DNA of 64,000 nucleotides from the NCBI GenBank assembly GCA_009602735.1, contig WELA01002296.1:205972-269971 (forward strand), in the 5' to 3' direction. How positions within the stretch are numbered: the stretch's first letter is position 1; every line of letters begins with the position of its first letter. Of the stretch, positions 1 through 12,203 are shown in pieces. The position numbers were made by a program, and so were the translations under genes. This DNA comes from Mesotaenium endlicherianum (taxonomy: Eukaryota). A model generated the notes under the pieces. It saw nothing but the letters and a program-made list of their open reading frames with translations, was not told the DNA's origin and made no database searches.

Positions 1-476
1 CCCACCCATCCCCTTCCCCCTCCCCTCTAAAAAAATAAAAAATAAAAAATTGCTCAAGCAGCACAGCTGCTCAAAGTAGTTTACCACAACAGGCAGGTAT
101 ACAATAGGACACACACACACACACACATAGACACGCGCAGACATGCACACACACGCATGGACACACATGCACAACACACGCGCGCGCAAATGCGCACATG
201 AGCACATTCCCTCTATTAGACACAAGCGCCAACGCACACATGTCCACACACGTGTACGCACACATGGGTGTAAGTGTCTTGAGAATGTACTAGTAATGAG
301 GACGTGGCAGCTGTCCATGTGAGAAAGGGGGGAAAGGAAAGAGGGGAGGAGGCGCGAGTGTCTTGATGCTTCAATTATATATAATTCTCTGATCATTCTA
401 ACTCTCAAACAACTCCCAAAGAGTAGCCAAAAGAAAAGCAAGAGAGGGCGTGTCAAACAAAACTGCGCGTACATAC

Positions 477-3400
477 TGAGATAATCATGAGACTTCTCGA
501 GGCGGGGATCGCTCAGCTCCAACCTCAGCTTCTCGTCCTGCGCACCCAGCCCACGCGCGGCGGCAGCGCGCCATGTGTCAGAGCAGGGCAGCACACTGGC
601 CCAACATGTCATGCCACACGTCCCGGCATGGCCGCATGGTGCCACGTGTTGCTGTGTGGCGAGGCTATAACATAGCAGCACGGTCATGCGCACCTGCGCG
701 CACGCGCACTTAAGAACGCCGTGTCGCTGGAGAAGATTTGAGTAGTCTGTTCAAGTAGTAGTCAACTGATCATCTACTTTACTACACAGTTAGTCACTCA
801 AATCATAAATAATAAGTGAATCAACTTTTAAATATGTCAACTAATCAAGTGGCCTGTGAGCGTGCACACAGCACATCCCAGCAAGCTGTCTCCCCCTCCC
901 CCCAAGTGCATTTGTGCAGCTATCTAAAAGTAGCAGTCTCAACCATCTCCCATAGAGTGTGCACGCATTTTGCACTGGGGGAAGATCTGAAGGTCTCCAG
1001 TGGTAAGTGTGACAGGGGAGGTGCAGCAGGGGAGGTTTTGACCGGGGACTTTGCAGGCCTGAGCAGGGGACAGCAGCAGCAGCAGCAAATGGAGCACGTT
1101 CACCAAGAGACAACGCCTGGCAAGATGTGGGAGCTAGAGTTGTGTGCTGACAGGGCGGTCAAATTGCATTTGCGCTTATAAGCAACCCAGGGATAATAAA
1201 ACCACAAGAAGAAAGCTTGTAATAGAACAGGAATCTGAAAGGGTGCCTGGGCGTTGGCTTCTCAGCAGGACAGTTGAAGAGAGAGTTTGGAGGATGTGAG
1301 GATCAGGCGACTTGACGCGGGGGAGATAGGAGAGAGAGCAGAAGGAGAGGAGGAGGAGGAGGAGCAGGAGGAGGAGCAGGAGCAGGAGGAGGAAAAGGAG
1401 GAGGAGCAGGAGGAGGAGGAGCAGGAGCAGGGGAGACAGGAGGAAAAGCAGCAGGAGGAGCAGGTAGGAGGTGGAGGAGCGGCAGGAGGAGGAGGAGGAG
1501 GAAGGAGGTAGGAGCCACAGCAGTAGCGCTGCTGACCTTTAGAATAAGCTCCATCTCCGCCTCTGACAGCCCATACCTGCACCCACCCCGCCCCCCACCT
1601 CAGCCCCCCGCCGTTAGCCGTCACCCCCGCCCTCAACCCCAGCAGCCGCCCGCAACAGGCACATTGCACGCGCAACAGCTGTCATTCCAAGGGGTGCAGG
1701 CCTTGACGCAGAGCGAGCGCGAGAGAAAGCGAGGAGAGGCCGGCGCAGAGGGGGAGTGTCGCGGAAGGAAGCGGCGTGGGGGGGGTGCGTGACAGGTGGT
1801 GCAAGGCCAAAGGGCCGCCGTCGATCCCCAGATGCATTGAGTGACAAAGCTCACCACCCCAAAATACCAAGACCCTGGATGCCCAAAAACCCTAGCCCTC
1901 TGAATTCGGGGCCCCCAAAACATAAGAGGGATGGGGGCCCAAGCGTTGTGAAGCACCACCGAGGGCCGGGAAGGGGATGGAAATGGAAGCGAGCGTGAGA
2001 GCAAGCACAGGGGCAGCTGCAAGTGCACATGCAGAGGCAGGGGCAGGGGCAGGGGCAGGGGCAGGGGTGTGCGGCTGCAAGTGCAGGTGCTGAGGCAGAT
2101 GGAGGGCAGAGGCGGCTGTGGTAGGGGCAGAGGCAGCGGGAGCAGGGGCAGCAGCAGAGGCACGGGCAGGGGCAGCGGGAGCAGGCGCATGTCCTGGAGG
2201 AGGACTGGAGGGGAAGGGCGGGAGGAGGGGGGATGGGAGGGTCTAGAGAGTCAAGGGGGGGCAGGTGGCGCACCGGTAGCCGTATTTGGGGCGGGTCTTG
2301 TGGCGGTTGGGGTTGAGCACAAACACGTTGTAGGCTCCGGCGTCGAGCTCCAGGTGGCGCACAAAGCTGTCGACCACCTGGCTCATGCCCTCCATGTCCA
2401 CCTGGTACCACACGCTGTCCTCGCCCCTGCCACAACTTGGAACCCCCCCTCCCCTGGGTTTAAGCTCTACAATGAATAAGGTTGTTTTGAGTTAAAGGTT
2501 ACAGCACTCAGCCTTACACCCCCACCCCCCCCCCCCTTGGGGGGGGGGGGGGACATGCACGCATGCATGTACACATGCAAGGTGCACAAAGAAAAAGATC
2601 GCCCGCACACACACACGCGCAGACAGAAAGCACGCACGCACGCGCACGTACAAGGACAGACATGCACTTGCACACACGCAGAGACGCACGCACGTGCAAC
2701 CAGACACGCTCACACATACAGCACACAAACGTACGCACGTACATGTGTACACACGCGCACATGCACGCATGCACACATGCATACAAACACATACATCCAT
2801 GCACACACGCATGCACGCACACCCGCACGCACCAACACACACACAATACAAAAACGTGCGCACACATGTGCAAACATGCACACGCGGGTGTCTGAGCTTG
2901 TTGACACCTGGCATCGGACGGATCCAGGGGGCGCGAGAGTGATCGTATGGCCTGCTCAAACACCGTCGCCACGCGCTGCCCCATCTCCAGCGCGTGCACC
3001 GTGTAGCTGCCACGTGTCACGCCACCATTCAAGCCGGGAGCATATCAGTCGCCGGCCGGGCTTTCAGGCTTGGAGTGTCGGACGTAGCGCTGAGTCAGTC
3101 CATGGTACGAGGTCTTGAAGAAATTATTTTAAAAAAAGATAGAAGAAAAATTAAAGGATAAAAAAAAGGCTCAAGTCCGTTGTGTGCAGCGTGCATGACA
3201 AGATGTCGCCCTGGCAGCGTGACACCTGTTGCCAGGAGACCCATGGTCGCATTACACCTCAGCGCGTGGCCTTTCCTGCTGCTGCCCCTCGGCATACCAC
3301 CACCAGCAGCAGCAGCTCTCGTGAATGCTGACGTGTGCACTGACCCGGGTGCTGACATGGATGCTGACCTGAGTGCTGCCCTGAGTGCTGACCTGGACGC

Positions 3401-6400
3401 TGACCTGAGTGCTGACTTGGATGCTAACCAAGATGCTGACATGGGCGTATGTGCTAACACAAAGTAGATGCTGATGTGGACGCATCACTACCAAGCCCTA
3501 GGACAGAACAGAGCTCCTTCTTCAACAGAGTCTTTCTTCGCTTGTCAGACCAGTCTTACCCTCCACCGTCGAGGCGCTTCTAGATTGATTGAGCTTCCAC
3601 AGGCTGATTAGGTTCCATCAAGAGTGATGTCCCTGTCACGCCAGAAACACACCTGCACACATATGTGCTGTGTATGTGCTGTGTGCTTCGGAAGTAGCCC
3701 CCCCCCCCCTTGCATCTTCCCCCTCCCCCNNNNNNNNNNNNNNNNNNNNNNNNNNNNNNNNNNNNNNNNNNNNNNNNNNNNNNNNNNNGGGGGGGGGGGC
3801 TGTCCCGGCCTCTCACTTGTAGTGCGTGTAGCTGACACGTGGCAGGTGGTGCGCAAGCTTCCAGGTGTCGGCGTCCTGGGGCACGCGCGTGTGCTCCAAC
3901 AGGTGGTCCATATGCTCGAACCATCGCCTCAGCTCCTCCTCCCCCAGCCTCAGCCCTGCATTGCATTTTCATTATTTTCCAATTATTATTCTTGCTCAGT
4001 GTGTGTTAAGATATAAAAATTCCTCCCAAAGTGTACATCCTCTAAACCTTCAGCTCCTCCTCCCCCAGCCTAAGGCCTGCATCATTTTTTTGTTTTAATT
4101 TTCCCCCAAATTATATAACAGCTATTATACTCTCAGACTCTGCACATGTTATTTTTTTACCAAGTTCATATCCTCCCCTCCTCCAGCTCCTTGTCCCCCA
4201 GCCTCAGGCGTGCGCCACATTAAGCTGCCAAATATTCAGTACCAAATTCTCCCGAATTCAGTTCACTTCCGAATTTCGCATCCATCCCAAGCTCCAGCTC
4301 CTCCTTTCCCAGCCTCAGGCATGCACCAAAACTTTTCAACGTCTATACACACGTAGTAATAATTGCTGCAGCTCCTCGAGAACCAAGAAAAACGTCGATA
4401 CAATCCCCGAGACGGCGCTACCTAGTAAGGATAAGGCCATGATCAATAGATACTTTAATTGACTCCCGGTCGTTCTCGAAGTCCCAACTGCACTCCACTT
4501 TGCGCTCCCAAATTTATTTTCACGTGCTTCCAGATCAGACTCTAAGTGTTTGTACTCCCTATCTCAGACCCCAAACTTTCTCCGCTCCTCCTCTCTCAGA
4601 GCCTCCAGTCTATGGCCCTCGGGCCTGCACCGAACTTACCCTCGCACAGAGAAATTCAGCAGAAAAATTATAAATTTAAATATATAGATGAACAAATAAA
4701 GGAACACAATTCCCAGAATGACGCTCCAGCTCCCTACACTTTCAATTCCCAGCAGTTGCTCACTCTCAAAACATCACTCCAATTCTTACGATCCGAATAT
4801 TTCACTTCCAAAGCGAAGACACACACGTTTGCTGTGTGCATGCCCTAAGCCCACTCACGCATTCGCGCACGTACGCACTTTCCTTCGGTACATTGGGAGA
4901 GCTCACGGGCGAGATTTCAAAGGAGGGTCACTTGTGCGGGCACTTGCACACGCACATGTCCATGCACGCATGCACGGAGGGCGGAGAGAGAGAGCTAGGC
5001 GCGCGGACCGTGGTTGCCCTCGCCGCTGAAGCCGACGAAGATGAAGTTGATGGGCACTGGCAGGTAGATGGCCTCCACGTGCTCCAGCCCCATATATGCG
5101 GCGATGGTGCCTGCGCCGCCGCTCCCGCTCCCGCGTGCACGCCCAGGCCCAGGTCCCACGCCCAGGGAGGGAAAACAGAGAGGAAAACGTTATCAAAGGG
5201 GGGGGGGGGGGTGGTGAAATAAATCAGGGGAACAAAAAGGAAAATAGGGACCAGCCGCATGTACATGGCCATGGTGCCTGCGTCGATTCCACGCCCAGGC
5301 CCGGGGTGACTGAAAAGAGGAAAACGTTGTCTCTTACTAAAGACGGTCGAAGAAAGAAAAAAGCGGGAGAAAGAGAACGATTGAGGGGAATGAAGACGAA
5401 GAAGAAAAGGAGACCAGTGTTGTGATGGTTGCCACCTGATGAGGTCAACATTTTCAGTCCCGCGAGTGGCCACAGCCGCAGAAAGGGCCAGGTAAGAAGA
5501 CTAATAAGTATGTTCCTGGGAAATTACAACTTGCAGAAAACAGAGAAGAACATATGTTTATATATATGCATATTAGGTAGATAGATAGATAGATAGATAG
5601 GCATATACATTTATATGTACGTAGATTGACAAGGGAGACATTATAACAAAGCAGAACTGTTACACAACATGCACACGTACATACGTAGGCTCAAAAGCTC
5701 CACCAGCAGTTTTGACCTGTAGATGTGAACATATATGCATGACACACACACAGATGTGCATGCACACAACCACACACATGCATCGATACAACGGGGGGTG
5801 AAAGACACAAAAATGGATGGATGGATGTACACATCCAGATATACTCATATATCACACCTGTAGAGGTGTGTGTATATACACCTACGAAGAAAAACACTCA
5901 TAAGTATACATGTATATGTAAATGCTCACACACACGCATAGACATGTACGCATATGCATATAGGTATTTGTATGAAAAAAAATCTGCAATTGTACCTATG
6001 AACATGTACATGTGTCTGCTTTTGCCCCCACAACAAGTGGCGGCCATTACCTTGCTGGCTGTAGTACTCCAGCTCCGTGTTGCCCGAGTAGAACTTCATC
6101 GGCTTCTGCAGCTCATCCATGGCTGCCGGTAGGCAGGCCACAGGCAGAGCGAGAGGACAGAGGAGAAGCCAAGGTGCGGAAAAGAGGAGGCACAGCAAGA
6201 TTGCAGATTAGAGCTGACGCCGGGGTTGAGGCGAGGTTTAGGATCGAAGGCTTTCAGGTTTCGGGTTCGGGTTTCATTCAGGTTTAAGGTTTGGGTTTTA
6301 GGTTTGGCTTTGAATTTTGGTTTAAGAATATAGGGCTAGGATTAGGGTTCAAGATCAGGGTATGGGGTTTTAGGGCTAGGGTTTAGGGGCCGGGGCTTTG

Positions 6401-9400
6401 TATACGCAGCATGAGATACAACAGATGAGAAGTTTCCTGCCACGCGCACCCGCGGAGCCCGACCAGGCACTCCCAAGAGGCGAGGTAGAGGGAGGGGTCA
6501 AAAGAGGATTTTAAGAGCATTGATAGGAAGCAGCGCCACACACGGCTCGAGATAAAAAACAGGGACCGCCTGTCGCTGGTCCTTTGTTCGGCTGTCGGTT
6601 TCAGCCCGTGACGCCAGGCGTGTGGGACACAGGCGGAACTTCACAAATAACCCGGAAACTTTTCAACACCGTAGCTTCATATTGTATCGTCATATCATAT
6701 CTCCTTCACGACGTGTCTCCCGTGCGTAATCGCCACACATCGTACACTTCGGCAGCTGCTTGTCCCGACGGGGCAGTCCTGTCCTATCGGTCCCTCCCTT
6801 TACCTGTGCAGCAAGAAAGTCGCCACAAGCTGCCCTATAGACGGCCACAAAGACACCATCACAAGCACGCTCTCTCCAGAGGCAGAGAGAGAAGACCCCT
6901 CCTCCTCTTATGCCGATGCACACACGAGCTTCTGGTCCCTCGCAGGTCTCGCTGAGCCAAGACCGAGAGGCCGAAAACACAGGCACCATCTAAGACTGGG
7001 GGGAGCTGAGACCGGCAGAGGGTCGCCTGCGGAGGTCGCACCCGCACCCATCGGCCAGGCTGTTGCACCTGCAAGGCGGGCTGTTGCTGCACTGGTGTTG
7101 ACTTGCAGAGTTTCGCTGTGGCCACGTTAAAATGCTTTTAAAGCTAGCCCCTTCATAAGTTAGGGACAATGTACGGTGCCAAGTTTGTGAGGTTTTCCAC
7201 CCGCCGCTTGCGCAAGTTTCGATCTCAACGGCTTCTCGTAGAGGCACCAGTAGACACAAGGGGGTTTGCCTGGGGTGCCTGGGGTGCGTGTGGAGGTTCA
7301 GGTATGGTGGTGTTTGGGGTTTTCCTGCAGGAGGCGTTATCAGCGTGGCAGAGTCAGCGAGTGACGAGGAGAAGCTCGCCGGGAGCATTCTAGCGGTGGG
7401 TGGCCAAGACCTTGGCCTTCTCGTGGGGTCTAAGCCTCACCCAGAGCTCTAGACCTCGCATTGGGGTGTATCCTCACCATATGGGTGTAACCTCACCCAT
7501 AGGGTCTAGCCCTATAGGGCCCTAGGGCCTGTGGCCAAGGCCTTGCGTAGGACCTATTCCCCCCCTCTAGGGTCTAGCCCTCCTAAAGAACCCAGCCTCC
7601 GGTCTGATCTACCCCTCAGGCAGGGTATAGCCCTCGTAAAACCCTAAATCCTTGCTAGCCCTCAGAGCCCTGAGCCCCTGCTCCCAAGAAATGGACCCTG
7701 ACCCCACGCTATTGACAAGGGCCCTCAGGAAACCCCTGTCAGATGTTAACCCCACCCCTTGGGCCTGACCCAGGAGGGACCGGCACCCATGAGCCTCTGC
7801 CACACCCATTAAACCCTAAACCGAAACATTCCCCACCCGGAATCCTACACCCTGTTGAAATGGGCCCCAACACCCGTGCTGTAACACCCATGCCCTTCCG
7901 CACTGCTGCTAGAGACGCCACCCCGCCCGACCCTGGGCCTGCAATGGGGTCTGCAACCGTGAGCTGCTTGCAAATCCAAGCCTAAAACCCTATCCCTTGT
8001 GACACTGAACTTGCAGTGGAGTGGAGCCGGAGGACCAGTTAATAGACACCTGGCTGGACTGCCTCGCCCTCATCCCACGCTTAAAGCTGAGGTGGAGCCC
8101 AAATCCCAGCCGATTGGAGAGGGATTGCGTGGGGCTGCCGTCAGACCCAAACAAACCCAAACCCTAATCTAACCTAACCCTAAGCCTTCCGCAACTCCCA
8201 GCCTGAGTCGCCCTTGGAGCCCACACCTGACGTAGCCAGCTAAGCAAGTTTGTTCAGCTAATGTGCAGCCGGGATAGGCTTACTCCAAACTCTTTCAGCT
8301 CCTCGACCAGCACCGGATCTGGCCTGAGGCAGGGTTTATCGTCCAGGGTTAAAGATGAAATGTTTCAAGTTCAAGAGGCAGGGTTTGCGTTTTTGGGGTG
8401 TGGGCCTTTGAGTGTAGGGTTGCGATGTACTTATGACTAGAAGGTCCTTTCCCAGAGCTTGTAGCTGGTTGGGGGCTAGGATTAGGACTAGAGTTAGGGT
8501 TAAGGTTAGACTTAGGGGTAGATTAGCGTTGGGGTTTGAGCCTCACTTTTGACAAGAAGATCCTCGTCCCAGAGCTTGCAGCTGGTTAGGGCTAGCATTA
8601 GGGTTGGGTTAGGATTAGGGCTTGAGCTTCACTTTTGACAAGAAGGTCCTCGTCCCAGAGCTTGCTGTTGTCGTTGAGGTTGAAGAGGCCCAGCACCGGA
8701 TCCGCCTTCTCCCCTCCTCCTCCCGCCTTGTGCTGCCCCGCCAGCCGCGCTCCTGCCACCTGTACAGTAGTATGGCACCATCGACGGGGATCGCTCACGA
8801 CACGATTGTGAGCAGTGGTGATGGTGGCGGCATGGCGGCATGGCACCGTCGACGGTGATTACTCACGATACGATTGTGAGCGGTGGTGGGGGTTGGGTTG
8901 CGGCACGGCAACATGGCGTCGTTGGCGGTGATCGTTTACAACACAGTTGGGAGAGTGGTGGTGGTGGTGGTTGGCAGGTGTGGGTGCAGGAGGTCTGTGT
9001 GTGAGCAACTCGTTTCTGCCGCCTGGATGGCGGCCACAGCATCGTCAACGGTGATTGCGAGCAATGTGGGTGAGGGTGCTGCGGGCCAGCAGGCTTGCCT
9101 GTAGCCGGGAGGTCAATGTGACATGTGTGCGTGCTTGTGTGTGCGTGTGCGTGCGTGCGTGTGTGTGTGTGTGTGTGTGTATGTGTGTGTGTGCGCGCGT
9201 GTTCGTGTGTACACACAGTTATCTAGTTGGAGTGGATGAGGTAAGAGTCTAGACTTTGGCCATGACCAGCTGCTGCGTTTCCTGCTAGTGTTGCTTCTTT
9301 GGCCAATTTTGGCCAATCTCATCTCTACGAGAATTGATTCAATCTGGCCCACCCACAGTCGGCAACCCGGCTCCAGTAAGGCACTGTTGAAGCCCTCTCA

Positions 9401-9748
9401 CTTTACTTTTTTTTTTTGGTTTTTTTGGTTTTTCTAAATTTTGTTAATAATGCTAAAAGAAGAGCCAGTAGCTACCTTCACAACTCGAAAATCTCAGGAA
9501 GGACCCACCTATTTGAAGGAGAAACATGATATATAAAAATCCGCATAAATATACCAACGTTCAGGTACTTCACAAGATATTCCACTATATGTAAGCCTCA
9601 AAAAAGAAGCCACCACCTGTCAAGACTGTCACCAATGGCCCTCAGATAATCCCAGTACCATCAATAGCTCCCTAAATGCGAGTACATTCCCCAATATTAT
9701 AAGCCGTAGAGAAAATAATCCTGTGTGTGAAATGCTTTGGATGCTCAT
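477..9748 (-). CDS. KNS3-like: KNS3/SPOT1 (At5g58100/At4g16180)-like secretory-pathway protein; 5' part only, continues past the left edge. Exons: 9748-9659 (tentative), 8759-8633, 6122-6051, 5110-5009, 3955-3817, 3006-2908, 2426-2274, 1576-1537, 537-477
   Basis: Phase-consistent GT-AG exons translate to ...VLGLFNLNDNSKLWDED...GTIAAYMGLEHVEAIYLPVPINFIFVGFSGEGNHGLRLGEEELRRWFEHMDHLLEHTRVP...HHLPRVSYTHYNYTVHALEMGQRVATVFEQAI...WYQVDMEGM...AYNVFVLNP...KYGYRYGLSEAE. This matches the recalled At5g58100 motifs FSLFNL, YLPVPVNFIFIGF, WF..LDH.FEHTR.P and KYGYRRG.SE. The first exon (MSIQ...LIILGNVLAFRELLM) is inferred from phase and hydrophobicity. Confidence 0.85.
1330..1510. repeat. (GAG/CAG)n trinucleotide tract, intronic
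   Basis: gaggaggagcag repeats between KNS3-like exons 1576-1537 and 537-477. Confidence 0.9.
2555..2885. repeat. Degenerate (CA)n/(CACG)n alternating purine-pyrimidine tract
   Basis: Read directly. Similar intronic tracts lie at about 110-265, 9120-9215, 20450-20760, 26270-26490, 26690-26842, 28690-28745, 29455-29770, 38898-39035, 44695-44880 and 46765-46865. Confidence 0.9.
3326..3480. repeat. 12-bp tandem repeat (gctgacctgagt / gctgacatggat)
   Basis: About 10 degenerate 12-mers; they produce the spurious ADMDADLS ORF. Confidence 0.85.
6220..6390. repeat. Degenerate telomere-like (TTTAGGG-like) interstitial tract
   Basis: ggtttagg, tttagggctagggtttagggg, attagggttc. Related tracts at about 7640-8190 (C-rich), 8470-8620, 26005-26085, 31540-32230, 33090-33210, 45455-45680 and 61015-61045. 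Confidence 0.65.
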
Positions 9749-10593
9749 TATTGGTTTTACTCTAACCTGCTGGTTGTAGCGGACAAAAAATTTACTCTGT
9801 TCTATGAGGGATCTCTTACCACTTTGAGGATACACAGTAAAAAGAAAAGTCGAGTAAAGGGAGCCATTTGATTCTACTCCCCACTTCTCATTCCGCTCCC
9901 TTGAAGGCGCTGGTATCTAAACCTCGCTTGATAAATATACAAGCACGAACAGTCCTCAACAAGACATGCTAAGAATTTGCTTATGCTGCATCAGCTAACT
10001 CTAAGAATATAGATCGACGAGTAATATCCAGCTCAATCTAGATCCTCAAGGATCAGGTGCTCGGTTTCAGTTATTTTGCTCCACGTCGTTGGAGTGAATT
10101 CTTAAGGACGAGATTGAGAATTTCTTGCAGTTACGATTTTTTCGTCCTAAATGCTGCGAGCCTCTGGACAGTCGCGATACCCTGCGATCGCGGCAATTGA
10201 CGACGATGATTTTGAGAGCTGAATGTCAATATAAAAAGAGTGAGCACATATGTGGCCGAGAAAAATCAATTTTGCTATTATATACGCTTTTCATGTCCTA
10301 GAATATTGAGGGGAAGCTCGTAAGGTCAAACGAAATCGTACAGCCGGGCGTGATAGGAAAGTTTGTATTAGTTACACTGCGGGAAAGGATACACACTTAA
10401 TTTTGCCACTGCACTGCATTGGTCAAGGTTTTCTACCAGAGCTCAACGCTCAGCATGGCTTCCCGACGCGCATCACTATTCTCTGCCTGTTTCACGTGCT
10501 CTTCAAGTAGTTCGCCTACTTAAATTTGTTGCACAGATACATCTGTCGGCCACATATTGAGCATCTTCCATTCACATATCCGTTGGTCCTAAA

Positions 10594-12158
10594 ATGGCAT
10601 CCCCAGCTCCTCTTCCTGTCCATCCTGCATTAGAGCCGGTCGCATTTCTGTTGGGAACATGGAAAGGGGAAGGGGAGGGGGGCTATCCCACGATTGATTC
10701 TTTCAAGTATGGAGAGGAAATCAAGTTCTGGCACTCTGGTAAGGTACCGTCTCCACCACTGAGCATTAAGGTCTAGTGCCACACATTTGCAGCTGCTTTT
10801 CTAGCCAATTGTGAAACGGCAGTGACTAAGAGTAGCTTCTGTACAGGTGATGAAATTTTTTGTTGACTGCCCAGTCAACTGCAAGTTTTGTGGCACGGAT
10901 ACACTATAAGTCACGTGGGCATGTTTCTGTCAAATTCGACTGAATACTCAGAGCCTATAATCATGCAAGAACAATTATGACTGCATCACAAGATATTACA
11001 ATGACCCAAGCATATTTGGTGACTCATATTGAAAGCCTGCATGGAAAGCCATGACCATGGAATTGAATCCTCAAATGCATAGAGTAGAAAAGGATTTTTT
11101 TTCCTATCAACATACTTACAACCCAAATGACTACCTCTCTGGATTTTAATGATCAAAAAATTTATGAAAATCCTTTAAACAACAAAAACAATCATGTGTG
11201 AGCAGCCCGTGATGGCATACATGCAGAAGACATGGAAGGCAGCGTCGGGGGAGCCCATGCACGCTGAGAGCGGCTATCTGAGGGCCCGCCCGGATGGGAC
11301 CCTGGAGTTTGTGATTGCTCAAAGCACCGGCCTCGCCGAAGTGCAGGTAAGTTCCAGCGGCCGCAGCAGCAGTGTTGGGGTCTATGGTTAAACTCTTGGG
11401 GGGGCTGGAGTTTTTCTAATCGCTCAAAGCATCGGCCTCGCCAAAGTGCAGGTGGGTAAGTAGGTGGGTAAGTTGGCAGCAGAAGCAGCTGCAGCAGCAG
11501 CAGGGGCAGGAGCAGCGGCAGTGGGCACCCCAATTCTGTTTTTCTGGAGTTCCAGAGAGAACAGGTGCCTTCAATGCGTAGGAACGGTGCGAGGTGAGCC
11601 GTCTGCAGTAAGTTAAGGTTCATCAATAATTAGGTCTTGCTGGGCTTCGAACTTTGCTCTGATGCGAACCCACGCGGACGCACTGGCACTTCATCGTCGC
11701 CCTTGTCCCCTTGCAACTTGTGGATGATGCGCAGGCAACGGGCGGAGTGACATGTGTGTGGCCACCCATGGTTTTTGAAGAATGACTGGACTTTCATCTA
11801 ACACACGCGCCATTTGTGCACGGGCCCTGTTCGTGCACGTGCCGTTCGGTCGCTTCGTGCTTGTGACAGTGTGACCAGAAAGCATTCACATTTAGCCCGG
11901 ACATTCCATGCAACGTCCATGCAATATATGTGTGATTCATATCTCTCAAGGCTGAAAAGGCTGAAACCTCGAGACATGGAGTGTCATCTCTCTGATCTGC
12001 GCGTGCGCAGAAAGGCGCCTTCGACGGAGACGCTCGCAGTATCAGGCTTGAGAGTTCTGTGGTGGGGAACGCATCTAAGGTATGAATATGGTGCCCTCCT
12101 CTACGACAAACTCCCAAGCCTACCGCCTCACGACGCCCCCGCAAAGAACCCCCATAGG

Positions 12159-12203
<45 letters not shown>

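Noticed and set aside
1287..1511. Glu/Gln-rich ORF resembling the haspin acidic region
   Set aside because: Trinucleotide repeat antisense within a KNS3-like intron; no other gene features.
2492..3118. Many HTHT/CVCV ORFs here and elsewhere in the ORF track
   Set aside because: Translations of (CA)n/(TG)n tracts, which lack stop codons.
9113..9352. ORF MRLAKIGQRS... as first exon of the KNS3-like gene
   Set aside because: Not hydrophobic and no phase-0 donor found; 9748-9659 fits better.
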